The position numbers and the translations under genes were made by a program. Positions 1 to 10,922 of a stretch of DNA of 64,000 nt are shown one piece after another (the first letter of the stretch is position 1; the number at the start of each line of letters is the position of its first letter). The notes below the pieces were generated by a model that saw only the letters and a program-made list of their open reading frames with translations, did not search any database and had not been told where the DNA came from. Where the stretch lies: NCBI GenBank assembly GCA_963843015.1, contig CAWJIR010000003.1:3431-67430 (forward strand), read 5' to 3'. This stretch comes from an uncultured Chloroflexia bacterium (GTDB lineage Bacteria; Chloroflexota; Limnocylindria; QHBO01).

Positions 1-32
1 AGGTCCGGACCGTCATTGAGCATACCATCCGG

Positions 33-231
33 GTGTGCGTCACGGCGATAGCCATGATCTTGGGCGTCGCTGGTCGCGCTGGCTGGAACGGTGTGGATCC
101 TGCAGGGTCTCAACGTGATCGTGTCGTCGAGCTTCATGACCGGGAGCCGGACCTGGGTCGTGATCGGGGCGGTGGCCGTGGTCGGCGGTGCGGCGCTCAG
201 CTGGTGGGGGTGGTCTCGCCGCTCGGGATGA
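33..231 (+). CDS. small hypothetical membrane protein (one frameshift)
   Basis: Joined frames read ...ALAGTVWILQGLNVIVSSSFMTGSRTWVVIGAVAVVGGAALSWWGWSRRSG*; two hydrophobic helices. Confidence 0.5.
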
Positions 232-904
232 CCGCGGCCTGCTGGAGCTGGCGACCGGCCCAGATGCAACCCGCCGGCCAGGACCGCCAGCCAGGCGGCG
301 AGCAGAGCCGACAGCAGCGACGTAGAGGCGAACGAATCCCACCAGGCGTTCGACGCCGCCGAACTCCTCGACCCGGATCGCCAGGTCGCTCGACCGATTC
401 CTGCACCGTCCGCAGGTCTCCGGCGAGGGCGGCCAGGGAGGGTTCGAGCGTCACGAGGTCGCTCGGCAAGGGTCGCCGAATGTCCCGCGAACGTGTCGAG
501 GTCTGACGCGATGGACTCGAGATTCTCGGACGCACCGGCGAATGGCCGCTGGCCCAGGATCGAAACGTTCAGGGAATCGGCCAGGGTCGACGTCGTGGTC
601 GCGAGGCGGTCGAGCAAGTCCGCCGCGTCGGTCAGGGCGGCGCCCATGTTGCCCATCGACCCGGTGATGTCCTCGAGCGCGGCCGCGGTGCTGTCCATCA
701 GGTTGGCCGTGTTGCCCAACGCCGCGGCCACCGCCTGGCGGTCCTCCTCGAGGCGATCGTCGAGATCCTGCAGGGCGACGAGCCCTGCCGAGCCAGGTCA
801 CGGCCAGGATGGCGGTAACGACCAGGCCGACGACGCCGAACGCCGACCATCCCGTTCCCGAGCCGGCGGGCGGGCAGCCCGAGGACCTCCATGTCGCCCG
901 TCAT
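197..904 (-). CDS. hypothetical membrane-anchored coiled-coil protein (frameshifted)
   Basis: N-terminal hydrophobic segment, then Ala/Leu heptad-rich helix (LEEDRQAVAAALGNTANLMDSTAAALEDITGSMGNMGAALTDAADLLDRLA). Confidence 0.5.
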
Positions 905-915
905 CCGTACTCGAT

Positions 916-1523
916 TCAGCTGGCTCGGTCCAGCCAGGACGGCCCCGGCCCGAGCCATCTCGTCGATCGCGCGCGCCCCATCGCCGGGCTCGAGGTCGAC
1001 CGCGGCGATGGCATCGGTCAGCACCGTGACCTCGAAGCCGAGCCCGATGCGCGTCGAGCGCCGTTTCCTTGCACGCAGTAGTCGGTCGCCAGCCCGCCGA
1101 TGACGAGCCGGTCGACCTCCTGCGCCCGCGAAGGATGTGACTCGAGCTCGGTCCGGTGCGTGTCTGCCCGAACTCGGGTCGCGCACCGAGAAGCCCGAGT
1201 AGCCGTCCTTGCCATCCACCCCCTTGCGGACCGATGGGACCGGCCACGCAGCAGGTCCGGATGGAGCTCGGCGCCCCACGTGTCCGCCGACGCAGTGGAC
1301 CGGCCAGATGCCGCCGTCCTTCGCGAAGTGGGGCGTTGACGGCGGGTGCCAGTCCTGGGTGTAGACGACGGGCGCGCCCCGCGTCGAGCGCGCGGCGAAT
1401 CTCGTCGTTCAGCCGCGGGATCAGGTCGGCGCCACCGCGGACGCTCAGGCTGCCGGCCGGGTCGGCGAAGTCGTTCTGGACGTCGACCACCAGCAGGCAC
1501 GTCCGGGGGTCGTAGGTGATCAC
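916..1523 (-). CDS. pncA: nicotinamidase / isochorismatase family cysteine hydrolase (frameshifted; 3' end approximate)
   Basis: LLVVDVQNDFADPAGSLSV, DGYSGF and GLATDYCV motifs across frames. Confidence 0.85.
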
Positions 1524-1557
1524 CGGCCGATGGTAGTGGCTCCCGGCGGCAGGAGGA

Positions 1558-2041
1558 TCAGTAGACCCCGGGGATGAACCGATGGGTCCTGCCCTGGTAC
1601 GCGGGGTAGTCCGGATAGCGCGTCCGCAGCCAGGCCTCCTCGCGCCGCGCCTTGAGATCGAGAACCACGACCAGCGCGATCGCCGCCAGCAGGGCCAGCG
1701 GACTGAGCGTGACGCACGCCCAGCCGATGCTCAGACCGATCAGGCCGGCATAGATCGGGTGTCGGAGACGCCGATAGATGCCGTCCGTGACGAGCGATGC
1801 GTCATCACGCGGGTACGGCATGGCGGTGCGGTTGCTCCCGAGGTCGCGGATCCCACGGATGACGGCCCACCCGCCGAGGCTCACCAGCAGGACGCCCACC
1901 GCGAGGACGGCGACGCCGCCGGATTCCGTGGTCGGCGGTCGGGATCTGCCTCGCGCCGAGGGCGGCGACCAGGAAGAGCAGAACGACCTGAATCGCGACC
2001 CATCCCTCGCCCCTCGGGCCGAGGGCGGGGATCCGGGTCAT
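1558..2041 (-). CDS. isoprenylcysteine carboxylmethyltransferase (ICMT/PEMT) family protein (frameshifted)
   Basis: LVTDGIYRRLRHPIYAG...ARREEAWLRTRYPDYPAYQGRTHRFIP. Confidence 0.85.
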
Positions 2042-2043
2042 GG

Positions 2044-4237
2044 TCAGTCGAGGAGCAGGCGGAGGCGGCGAATCGCCCGCGCCGCGGGCCCTCGACGCCG
2101 GCGCGATGGGCGCTGGCGCGGCGTCGCGGGTGGCGGCGCCTGGGGAGCGGGTGCGGCCGGCTCTCGTCTCTCAGGCTCAGCGGCGGCCGATGGTGGCGGG
2201 ATGTCCAGCCACGCCGGCACCGGGGCCGGCTCCGAGGGCGAGGGGGTCGGCGGAGGCGGGATCGGCGACGACGGTGGCGAGGACGGGACAGGTTCGACCA
2301 TGGGCGGAGGTGCATCGGTCACGGCGGTCAGCGTGGGCTCTTGATCAGCCTCCCGAGCCGGCGCATCCCAGGGGTCAACCGCGTCCCATGCGTCGACCGC
2401 GAACGGTGCTCGGGATCGCGCTTCCGGCTCCCAGAACGCGGGCTCGGGGGGGACGATAGGCGGTTCGGCAAAGGCTGCCGGCCCGACGAGCAGGGCGACG
2501 TCATCGGGAGCCGGCGGCTCGGCGGCAATCTCCACCGCTGCGAAGGGGGACCAGACTCTTCGACATCCATGGTCGCGGCCGCAAGCAATGTGGCGGGGGG
2601 CTCGGACGGCGGGCTCGGCTCAATTGCCTCGACCAGCTCGATTTCCTCGACCGGCTCTGGTGCCTCGCTCGGTCGAATCCGGCGCTATCGACTCGGGTGC
2701 TTCGATCGGCTCAGCGTGCCTCAATTGGTTCAATCGCTTCGTCCAGCCCGATGGATGCACTCCACCCAACTGCTTCGATCGGCTCAACGGTTTCCATCGG
2801 CTCAACGGTTTCCATCGGCTCAACTGCTTCGATGGGTTCCACTGCTGGAGCTGGCGCCGCTGGAGCCTCCAGCTCCGTTACCACAGCGGCCTCAACGGGG
2901 GCTCATCTGCGAGCTCAGGCTCGTCGCCGGCTCCCTCGTCCGCTGTCACCGAGGGCGGAGGCTGCTCGATCGGCTCAATGGAGACCGCCCCGGCGGCGCC
3001 GGGGACGAGGAGATCCTCCTCCGCGATCCAGTCCGGCTCCGGAGTGTCGGTGTTGTAGCCCGCTCGGACGACCGATACGGGCGCTACGTCTGACTCCGGC
3101 TCAGTGGCGACCGCGGCATCGGTATCGCCATCATCCGCGGTCTCCCGGCGGTATGCGGCCACCGCATCCGCCGTCTCCTGGGCGCCGGGCAGGTCGTCGG
3201 CGTCATCGATGAAGTGACCGCCGGACACCGTCGGGTCCTCGGCCCGGGCCAGGGCTTCGGCGAAGCCGGAGATCGCTGACCGAGATCGGCTCCGTTCGGA
3301 CCGCGTCCTCTTTCCAGCGTCACTCTCGGCCATGGGCTCATCAGCATCGAGTGAGCCTTCGGCTTGGGCTTCAATGACCGGTTCCGGCTCAGATCTGGAC
3401 TCTCGTGTCAGCTCGCGCGGCTCTAGCTCGGGCTCCGGGGTGAGCCTGCGTTCCGGCGTCGGCTTCGACCGGGGTGTTGAGCCTCGACGACCCTGTCCTG
3501 ATCGGCCTCGACTTCCGGACTCTGTTCCGGCACGGAAGGAAGCTCCGAAACGGACGGCAGCTCCGGCTCGGAGACCAGCTCACGCTCGGAGAGCAGCTCC
3601 GGCTCGGGCGGCAGGCTCGCCTCCATGATCGGCGTTGATTCTGTTTCGCCTTCCGGCTCGGTGCGGACCGTGCCCAGACTGCTGTCGTTTCGGCGACGGT
3701 CGCCCGCTCGGGCTCGCCTTCGGGACCCTGTTCCGGCACCGACGGGAGCTCCGACACAGATGGCAGCTCTGGCTCGGACGGCAAGGCTGATTCCAGGATC
3801 CGGGTGGGCTCTGCTTCGCTTTCGGGCTCGGGTTCCGGCTCGGGTGCGACCCACCCGGCTGTTGTCGAGGCGGACCAGGGCAGCCGCTGGTCCAGCCGGG
3901 CCTCCAGCAGGTCGACCCGTCCACGCAGCGAAGCGACCTCACCGCGGGACTCGCCGAGCGCCAGCAGCGCCTGGCCGTAGCGCTCGGTCAGGTTGCGGAA
4001 TTCGGTGAGAAGCTCTCGAAAGGGGGACAGCTCCCCATGGCCGTTTCCGTCACCGTTTGAGCCGTTCGACCCCGACTCCTGTGGCGCCTCGACGAGGGCT
4101 GCTCCGCGCAGGAACACACGCATATCGCCGCCAACCTCGGAAGACCCGGCCAGGACGCCGCGAGCCAGAAGCTCCCAGACGCGTCCCTCCGGGATGCCGA
4201 GGACAGCCGCCGCCTCGTTGACCGAGTAGCCATCCAT
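2044..4237 (-). CDS. HTH + coiled-coil protein with long acidic Pro/Glu-rich low-complexity region (several frameshifts)
   Basis: MDGYSVNEAAAVLGIPEGRVWELLARG (MerR/Xis-like HTH), ELLTEFRNLTERYGQALLALGESRGEVASLRGRVDLLEARLD coiled coil, EPE repeats, C-terminal RRRRGPAARAIRRLRLLLD. Confidence 0.65.
2778..2831. repeat. 18-bp coding tandem repeat (about 3 units)
   Basis: atcggctcaacggtttcc twice plus a degenerate copy; encodes EPMETV/EPIEAV on the minus strand. Confidence 0.8.
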
Positions 4238-4306
4238 CAGGGGGTCTGTAGCGTACCGCGTCGCGGTCGATCGTGGTGACTCTCTGACCGATATCATCCG
4301 GCGCCA

Positions 4307-6409
4307 ATGGCGCCACCCGTCCGGGTCCCGACGATCGAGCGCGTGGACCTGCCCCGTCCAGCCCGGACTGGAGGGACTCCGCGACCTTGCCGAGAACCTG
4401 TGGTGGACCTGGCATCCCGAGGCGCTCCGACTGTTCGCCCGCATCGACCCCGATACCTGGGCCCGGACCCGCAACCCGATTCACGTCCTGCGCCGCACCT
4501 CGGCCGAGCGATGGGCGGAGCTGGCCGAAAACGATCGGTTCGTTCTTGACACCCGAACCCTCGCCGACCGGCTGCAGTGGTACGTGGACGATGACGCTCC
4601 CGGCCTGGGGAGCGACCTCGGCGGCTGTGTCGCCTACCTCTGCGCCGAGTTCGCGCTTCACGAGTCACTGCCCGTGTACTCCGGCGGCCTCGGCGTCCTC
4701 GCCGGCGACCTGTGCAAGGCCGCGTCGGACGCCCGGCTTCCGCTCGTCGGCGTCGGGCCGTTCTACCACCGCGGCTACTTCCGGCAGCGGATCGACGCCG
4801 ACGGACGGCAGGAGCACCTCGAGCCTGATCTCGACCCGGCGGACATCCCGCTCCGACGCGCCGCAGGCGCCGACGGCGGTCCGCTGGAGATCGCGGTGGA
4901 GCTCCCAGGGCGAGCAGTCCGGATGGCGGTGTGGGTCGCCCAGGTGGGGCGAGTCCCCCTTCTCCTCCTCGACGCCGATCTTCCGATCAACGAGCCGGAG
5001 GACCGGCGGATCACCGACCAGCTCTACGTGGCCGAGCGCCGGACCCGGCTGACCCAGGAGCTGCTGCTCGGCGTCGGTGCGGCGCAGGCGCTCGGCGCGC
5101 TCGGCATTCGCCCCGCGGTCTGGCACCTCAACGAGGGCCACTCCGCCCTCGTCCTCCTCGGGAGGGCGCGGATGCTGTGCGACGCGGACCCCGACCTCGG
5201 CGGCGCGGAGGCCCTGGCCCGCGCCGGGCGGGACATGGTGATGACCCTCCACACCCCTGTCCCCGCCGGCAACGAGCGGTACGACCCCGCCCTCGCGCTC
5301 GAGCTCATCGGCCCGACGGCCGCTGGCATCGACCTCTCGCCGGAGCGCCTCGCCGAGCTCGGCCGCGGGCCGGACCACACCCTGGGGGACGCCTTCGACC
5401 TCACCGCCTTCGGGCTGCGGCAGGCCGCGATGGTGACCGCGGTGAGCAAGTTGCATGGGAGGACGGCGACCGCGACGTGGCGCGACACGATCGGCAAGGA
5501 CGTGGGGTCGGTCACCAACGGCGTGCACCTGGCAACCTGGCAGGCCGAGCCGATGCGGGCGGCCCTGTCGCCGGGCGGCGAACGGATGGCCAGCGACCGC
5601 GACCTGTGGAGCGCGCACACCGAGCAGAAGCGGGCGATGATCGACTTCCTCGGCGGACGATTGACCCGCCAGGCGGCTCGGCACGGCATCGCGCCGGAAT
5701 CGGTCGGTGACCTGGCCGGCGCACTCGATCCCCATGCCCTGACCATCGGCTTCGCCCGCCGGTTCGCGACCTACAAGCGGGCCGACCTCATCCTCGAGGA
5801 TCCGCGTCGCCTCGAGCGCCTGCTGGCCGACCCGGATCGGCCGGTCCAGCTGATCTTCGCCGGCAAGGCGCATCCCGGCGGACGAGGCCGGGCGGGCGGT
5901 GCTCGGGCGCGTGGTCGAGGCCTCTCGGCGGGTCGGGATGGCGGGGCGCGTGTTCTTCATCGAGGACTACGACCTGCGGGTGGCGCGCTTCCTGGTGGCC
6001 GGCGTCGACCTGTGGCTCAACACCCCGCGCCGCCCCCTGGAGGCCTCCGGGACGTCGGGGATGAAGGCGGCGCTCAACGGCGTACCCGTCGCTGAGCGTG
6101 CTCGACGGCTGGTGGGACGAGGCGTTCAACGGCACCAACGGATGGGCGGTCGGAGGTTCAGCCGGACGCGCTGATCCGCCCGACGCGGACGACGCCGAGG
6201 CCCTGTACCGGGCCCTGGAGACCGAGATCGTGCCGACGTTCTTCGAGCGCGACTCGATGGGCCTGCCGCGGTCGTGGATCGGCTACATGCGCGGAGCGCT
6301 GCGGACGGCGCTGGGCCAGTTCACGGCCGAACGCGTGCTGCGGGACTACGTCGACGAGGTCTATCGGCCGGTCGCGGGCGTCGGGGAGGTTCGAGCCGGC
6401 ATCGGCTGA
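4307..6409 (+). CDS. glgP: alpha-glucan (glycogen) phosphorylase (frameshifted)
   Basis: NLWWTW, YSGGLGVLAGD, HLNEGH, GFARRFATYKRA, EASGTSGMKAALNG, LDGWWDEA. Confidence 0.95.
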
Positions 6410-6445
6410 CCCGAGGACCGAGTCGCCCTCGGAACCGGAGTCAGG

Positions 6446-7762
6446 TCAGGGCAGGTACCAGCGCGGGTTGGTCCACACGCCGTGGTCGTTCACCGCGAAG
6501 TGGAGGTGGCAGCCGGTCGACATGCCGGTGGTGCCTTCGTAGCCGATGGTGTCGCCGATCGAGACCCCCTGGCCGGGGAAGACGACCACCTGGGCCCGCA
6601 GGTGCCAGTACCAGGTCAGGACCCCACCGCCGTGGTCGATGACCACCCCGTAACCGGTGTCCCACGGCCAGAGGGGCTGCCCGGACGCGACGACCAGGCC
6701 GGTGCCCGCGGCCTTGATGGGAGTCCCGCATCCGTTGGCCATGTCGATGCCGCCGTGGAAGTGCGGGTAGTACGTGCCGTTGAAGGTGTACGGCGGCTCG
6801 AGGACGAAGTTGGTCGGGCCCCATTCCTGGGTCACGGTGAAGCTGTCTTCCGGCCAGCGGAACCCACGGCTGCTGATCTGGACCTGCGACTCGGCCAGGA
6901 GGCGAGTGACGAGGGCGGTCGCCGCCTCGGCGGCCTGCTTGGTGGCGGTGATCTGGCGCTCGACGTCACCCTGCGCCACGAGGGCGGCGTTCAGGGCGGC
7001 GGCCTGCGCCAGGCGGCGCTGTTCGGCCGCGATGTACAGCTCTCCGAGCTGCGTCTTCAGGGCGGCCAGCTCGGCCTGGCGTTGGGCAAGGACCGCCGCC
7101 TCGGCTTCCTCGACCTCGCGCGCGTCGGCCAGCTCGGCGCGGCCTTCGCGCAGGACGGATCGGTTCTCCTCGAGCGTGGCCCGGAGCTCGCGGATCTCAT
7201 CGGCGAGCGCAGCGTCCTGCTCGGAAATCGTCAGCAGGTAGCCGACCTGGGTCGCCACCACCTCGAATGAGTCGGCCGCCAGCATGACCTCGAGGAGCGA
7301 GGTCTGGCTCTGCTCATAGGCGTCGCGGTAGTGGTCCTGGAGGAGCGATTCGCGAGCCTCGAGCTCGCGGTTCTGTCGCTCGACCTCGATGGCCAGCGCC
7401 ACGAGCATCTCGTCCAGGCCGGCGATCCGACTCCGGATGGCCTCGAGGCGGGCCTGGACCTCGGCAACCTGCAGCTCGACCTGGACCAGGAGGCCCGCGA
7501 CCCGCTCGTACTCGGCGCCGACGGCGGCCAGCTCGGCCTCGGCCGCGGCCAGGCGGGAGTTCAGGGTCGCCGACAGGGACTTCAGGCTGTCGAGCTCGCG
7601 CTGCTGGGCGGCGAGCGACTCCTGGAGCGCGCGCTGGTTGGCCTGGGCGTCGGCGAGCGGGTCAGCGCCCCGAGCATGGTCGGAAGGCGCCGTGCCGGCG
7701 ACGGTGGTGGCAACCACCACCAGACCGATGATTATTGCGGCCAGTCGTGGCCGACGTCTCAT
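6446..7762 (-). CDS. M23 family peptidase with N-terminal coiled coil (EnvC/PcsB-like)
   Basis: Signal peptide, long coiled coil, HGGID...YWHL...STGCHLHF; intact ORF. Confidence 0.9.
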   Translation of the reverse strand: MRRRPRLAAIIIGLVVVATTVAGTAPSDHARGADPLADAQANQRALQESLAAQQRELDSLKSLSATLNSRLAAAEAELAAVGAEYERVAGLLVQVELQVAEVQARLEAIRSRIAGLDEMLVALAIEVERQNRELEARESLLQDHYRDAYEQSQTSLLEVMLAADSFEVVATQVGYLLTISEQDAALADEIRELRATLEENRSVLREGRAELADAREVEEAEAAVLAQRQAELAALKTQLGELYIAAEQRRLAQAAALNAALVAQGDVERQITATKQAAEAATALVTRLLAESQVQISSRGFRWPEDSFTVTQEWGPTNFVLEPPYTFNGTYYPHFHGGIDMANGCGTPIKAAGTGLVVASGQPLWPWDTGYGVVIDHGGGVLTWYWHLRAQVVVFPGQGVSIGDTIGYEGTTGMSTGCHLHFAVNDHGVWTNPRWYLP

Positions 7763-7922
7763 GAGACGGTGTTGAGAGTAGGGATATTCATCGTCCCATC
7801 CAGCCCCCGCGGAAGAGATGCCCGCCGATGCTACCGCGGGTCGTCAACCACTGACGACCAAGCGAATGTACTACACCGTAGGACACCCAAAGGTACCGGA
7901 CCACACCGCACTGCCCCGGTTC

Positions 7923-7939
7923 GCGGCCCCTCGGGCCGC
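7923..7939 (-). terminator. GC hairpin after the yihY-family gene
   Basis: gcggccc-ctc-gggccgc inverted repeat about 10 nt past the stop; no U-tract. Confidence 0.35.
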
Positions 7940-7949
7940 TGGCTCGAGG

Positions 7950-8876
7950 CTATTCGGAAGACGGGTCCGCTCGATCGGGTCGGCGCGGTGGCGGCGCATG
8001 CGTCGCGGCGGCGACCTCGGTCCCGGCCAGCATCGCAATGGCCAGGAAATCGATATACAGCAGGCCGACGAGGATCGCCCCGAAGGGCCCGGCCGCGTTC
8101 CCCGTGTCGGCCACGAAGAGCTGGACGTACAGGTCGAAGACTAGGCTCAGGCCAAGGAACGCGAGGGCCGTGACCAACGCCCCGAGCCAGACCTCGCGGA
8201 ACGTGGGGTCCTGGGCGGGCACGGCTCGCAGGAGCGCGATCATCACGCCGAACACGACCAGCGGAGGGAACAGGGTCACGGCAAGCGCCCACGGTGACGT
8301 CGACCAGCCCCAGGTCCGGGATGAGCCGATCGACAAATCCGACCACCAGGCGTGACCAGGCTCCCCCACACGCCGGACAGCAGGATCAGGATGCCGGCCA
8401 AGCCGAGCAGGAGGAGGCTGCTGAGCGTGGTGCGGACGTAGGAGCGTCTCCCCTCCTCGAAGGCATTGACGATGCCTCGCTGGACGGCCGATACCCAGGG
8501 GAGGAGCGCCAGCAGGAGGAGCCCGATGCCGATCACGGCGACCACGCCGCGCGCGTCCTCGAAGGAGTCGAGCGTCGCGACGACGACGTCCGGATCCAGT
8601 CCGAAGGCGTTGGAGACCCGCTCGACGAACGCGTAGAAACTCCGGGCCCTTGGGGATGAGGAGCGAGGCACCGACGAGCGCGACCATCGCGAACGGGAAC
8701 AGGGACAGGATGCTGTAGTAGGCGATCGCCGCAGCCCGGGGCATGGACTCGTGGGCATTGAACTTCCCGAAGGCGTCGAGCGCGATGCCGACCACCGAGT
8801 ACCGATCGGCGATGGCGGTAACCCGCTCGGCAATCGCGGTAACCCGCTCAGAGACGCGTCGCACGATGGCGGTCAT
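7950..8876 (-). CDS. YihY/virulence factor BrkB family membrane protein (frameshifted)
   Basis: AAAIAYYSILSLFP, REVWLGALV, GPFGAILVGLLYI...LAGTE. Confidence 0.85.
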   Translation of the reverse strand: MTAIVRRVSERVTAIAERVTAIADRYSVVGIALDAFGKFNAHESMPRAAAIAYYSILSLFPFAMVALVGASLLIPKGPEFLRVRRAGLQRLRTGSGRRRRDARLLRGRARRGRRDRHRAPPAGAPPLGIGRPARHRQCLRGGETLLRPHHAQQPPPARLGRHPDPAVRRVGEPGHAWWSDLSIGSSRTWGWSTSPWALAVTLFPPLVVFGVMIALLRAVPAQDPTFREVWLGALVTALAFLGLSLVFDLYVQLFVADTGNAAGPFGAILVGLLYIDFLAIAMLAGTEVAAATHAPPPRRPDRADPSSE

Positions 8877-8904
8877 TCCCACTCCCGCTACCCTGAGCGC
8901 CACC

Positions 8905-10273
8905 ATGGCGCCGACCAAGGCCGTCACCCTCGACGTCGACGGGCAGACCGTATCGGTCTCGAACCCGGACAAGATGTTCTTCCCCGAGGCCGGGGTGACG
9001 AAGCTGGACCTGGTCCGATACTACCTGTCGGTCGCCGATGGGGCGGTTCGTGGCGTGAGCGATCGGCCGATGGCGCTCAAGCGATTTCCGAACGGGGCTG
9101 GAGGCGACTTCTTCTTCCAGAAGCGGGCGCCCGCCAACCTGCCCGCCCTACGTCCGGACGGTCGAGCTTTCGTTTCCGTCCGGCCGCACCGCCGACGAGG
9201 TGGTGGTCTCGAATGCTGCCGCGCTGGCCTGGGTCGTGAACCTCGGCTGCGTCGACCTCAACCCGCATCCGGTGCGGGCGGATGACCTCGACCACCCCGA
9301 CGAGCTGCGGATCGACCTCGATCCCGGTCCAGGCGTGCCCTGGGCCGACGTGCGCTCGGTCGCCCTCGTCTGTCGAGAGTTGTTCGAGGAGCTGGGCTAT
9401 CACGGCCTGGCCCAAGACCTCCGGCTCACGCGGCATCCATGTCTACGTCCGGATCGCGCGCGAGTGGGGCTACAGCGATGTGCGACGGGCGGCGCTGGCC
9501 GTGGCCCGCGAGGTGGAACGGCGGGCGCCGGCGCTAGCCACCAGCAAATGGTGGAAAGAGGAGCGCCACGGCGTGTTCCTCGACTACAACCAGAACGCGA
9601 AGGACCGAACGGTGGCGTCCGCCTACTCGGTTCGCCCCCTGCCCGACGCTCGCGTTTCGACCCCGCTGACCTGGGACGAGGTGCCCGACTGCGACGCCGC
9701 GGACTTCACGGTGGCCACGGTGCCGGATCGCGTCGCAAGCTCGGGGACGTCGGCGCCGGCATCGACGATGAGGCGTTCTCACTGCAGCCGCTCCTGGAGC
9801 TCGTCGCGCGCCACGAGGCGGAGGGCGAGGGCGACGCGCCCTGGCCGCCGATGTACGCCAAGCAGACCGGTGAGCCGCCGCGAGTCCAGCCGTCGAAGCG
9901 CCGCAAGGCCGCGGATCCGAAGGTCCCTTCCCCCACCGGCCGCCGCCGGTCCAGCGCCCCGCTGGTGGTCGTGGCCCAGGCCGCCACGAAACCCGAGGTC
10001 GAGGACGGACTGGAGCGCTGGAAGGCACGCCATCCGGGCGTCGCGGAGCACCTCGCGGTGGACGATGTCCTGTACGACGCCATGCGCGGCCGGTCGACGA
10101 TCTGGTGGCGGGTTCGGGTCAACCTCCGCCATGTCCCGGAGAAGGATCGCCCGAAGGCAGAGCCTCCCGATCCCGACTACGACCCGTGGGCTGGTTACGA
10201 ATGGCCGGACCGCAGCGGCCAGCTGACGCGCTCGCCCCGCCGACGAACGGGCGCGGAGGAGACGACGGACTGA
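8905..10273 (+). CDS. stand-alone LigD-type primase-polymerase (PolD2/Rv0269c-like) (frameshifted)
   Basis: SNPDKMFFP...TKLDLVRYY, FFQKRAP, PDELRIDLDP, KTSGSRGIHVY, VFLDYNQNAKDRT; C-terminal MRGRSTIWWRVRVNL extension. Confidence 0.9.
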
Positions 10274-10314
10274 CTTTGACCAGGACCGCTGGAGGATAGT
10301 CCGCCCGGACTCGC

Positions 10315-10896
10315 TTAACCGTTCGACAACCGCTCGATGAGGCGGGCCTTCACCGCCGGCCACTCGTCGGCGAGGATCGAGTAGTACACCGTGTCGCGGA
10401 CGTAGCCGTCGGGGAGGCGCATGTGGCGCCGGAGCACTCCCTCCCGGACGGCACCCAGCCGTTCGATGGCCCGCTGCGATCGCTCGTTGCGCCCATCGGT
10501 CTTGAGCGCCACCCGTCCCGCGCCCAATGTCTCGAAGGCGTAGGTCAGCTGCAGGAGCTTGGCCTCGCTGTTCACGGCAGTGCGGTGGCGGGACGGGGCA
10601 ATCCAGGTCCAGCCGATCTCGACCCGGTCGTGCTCGGGTGCGATGTCGCCGAAGCGAGTGGACCCGACGGCGAGCCCGGATGCCCGTTCGACGGTTGCCC
10701 AGGCCACGAAGTCCGGACCCTGGGCGTCGGCGAGGTACGCCGGCCACGTCGTCGCGTCGGCGAGGTCGGAGCTCATGAAGTCCCAGATCGACGGATCCTC
10801 GCTCGCCGCGGCCAGCAGGTCGTCGCGGTGCCGCTCCTCGAACGGCTCGAGGCGAACGACCCGGCCCTCGAGGACGATGCGCTCGGGGCGAATCAT
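10315..10896 (-). CDS. GNAT (RimJ/RimL) N-acetyltransferase
   Basis: VEIGWTW, NSEAKLL, NERSQRAIERLGAVREGVLRRH...RDTVYYSIL. Confidence 0.9.
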   Translation of the reverse strand: MIRPERIVLEGRVVRLEPFEERHRDDLLAAASEDPSIWDFMSSDLADATTWPAYLADAQGPDFVAWATVERASGLAVGSTRFGDIAPEHDRVEIGWTWIAPSRHRTAVNSEAKLLQLTYAFETLGAGRVALKTDGRNERSQRAIERLGAVREGVLRRHMRLPDGYVRDTVYYSILADEWPAVKARLIERLSNG

Positions 10897-10922
10897 CCGG
10901 GCGGTTCCGGGGAGGGCGGACC

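Noticed and set aside
698-1279. Apparent fusion of pncA with the downstream membrane protein
   Set aside because: The read-through is probably due to an indel at the pncA stop in an error-rich region.
2778-3780. Repeats considered as a CRISPR array
   Set aside because: They are in-frame coding repeats without unique spacers, and no cas genes are present.
7800-7960. c-di-AMP (ydaO) riboswitch upstream of the M23 peptidase
   Set aside because: CCGAAU and GAACCGGGG fragments are present on the minus strand, but the GGGGUGAAU and CCCGUCAGCUAAC cores are missing.
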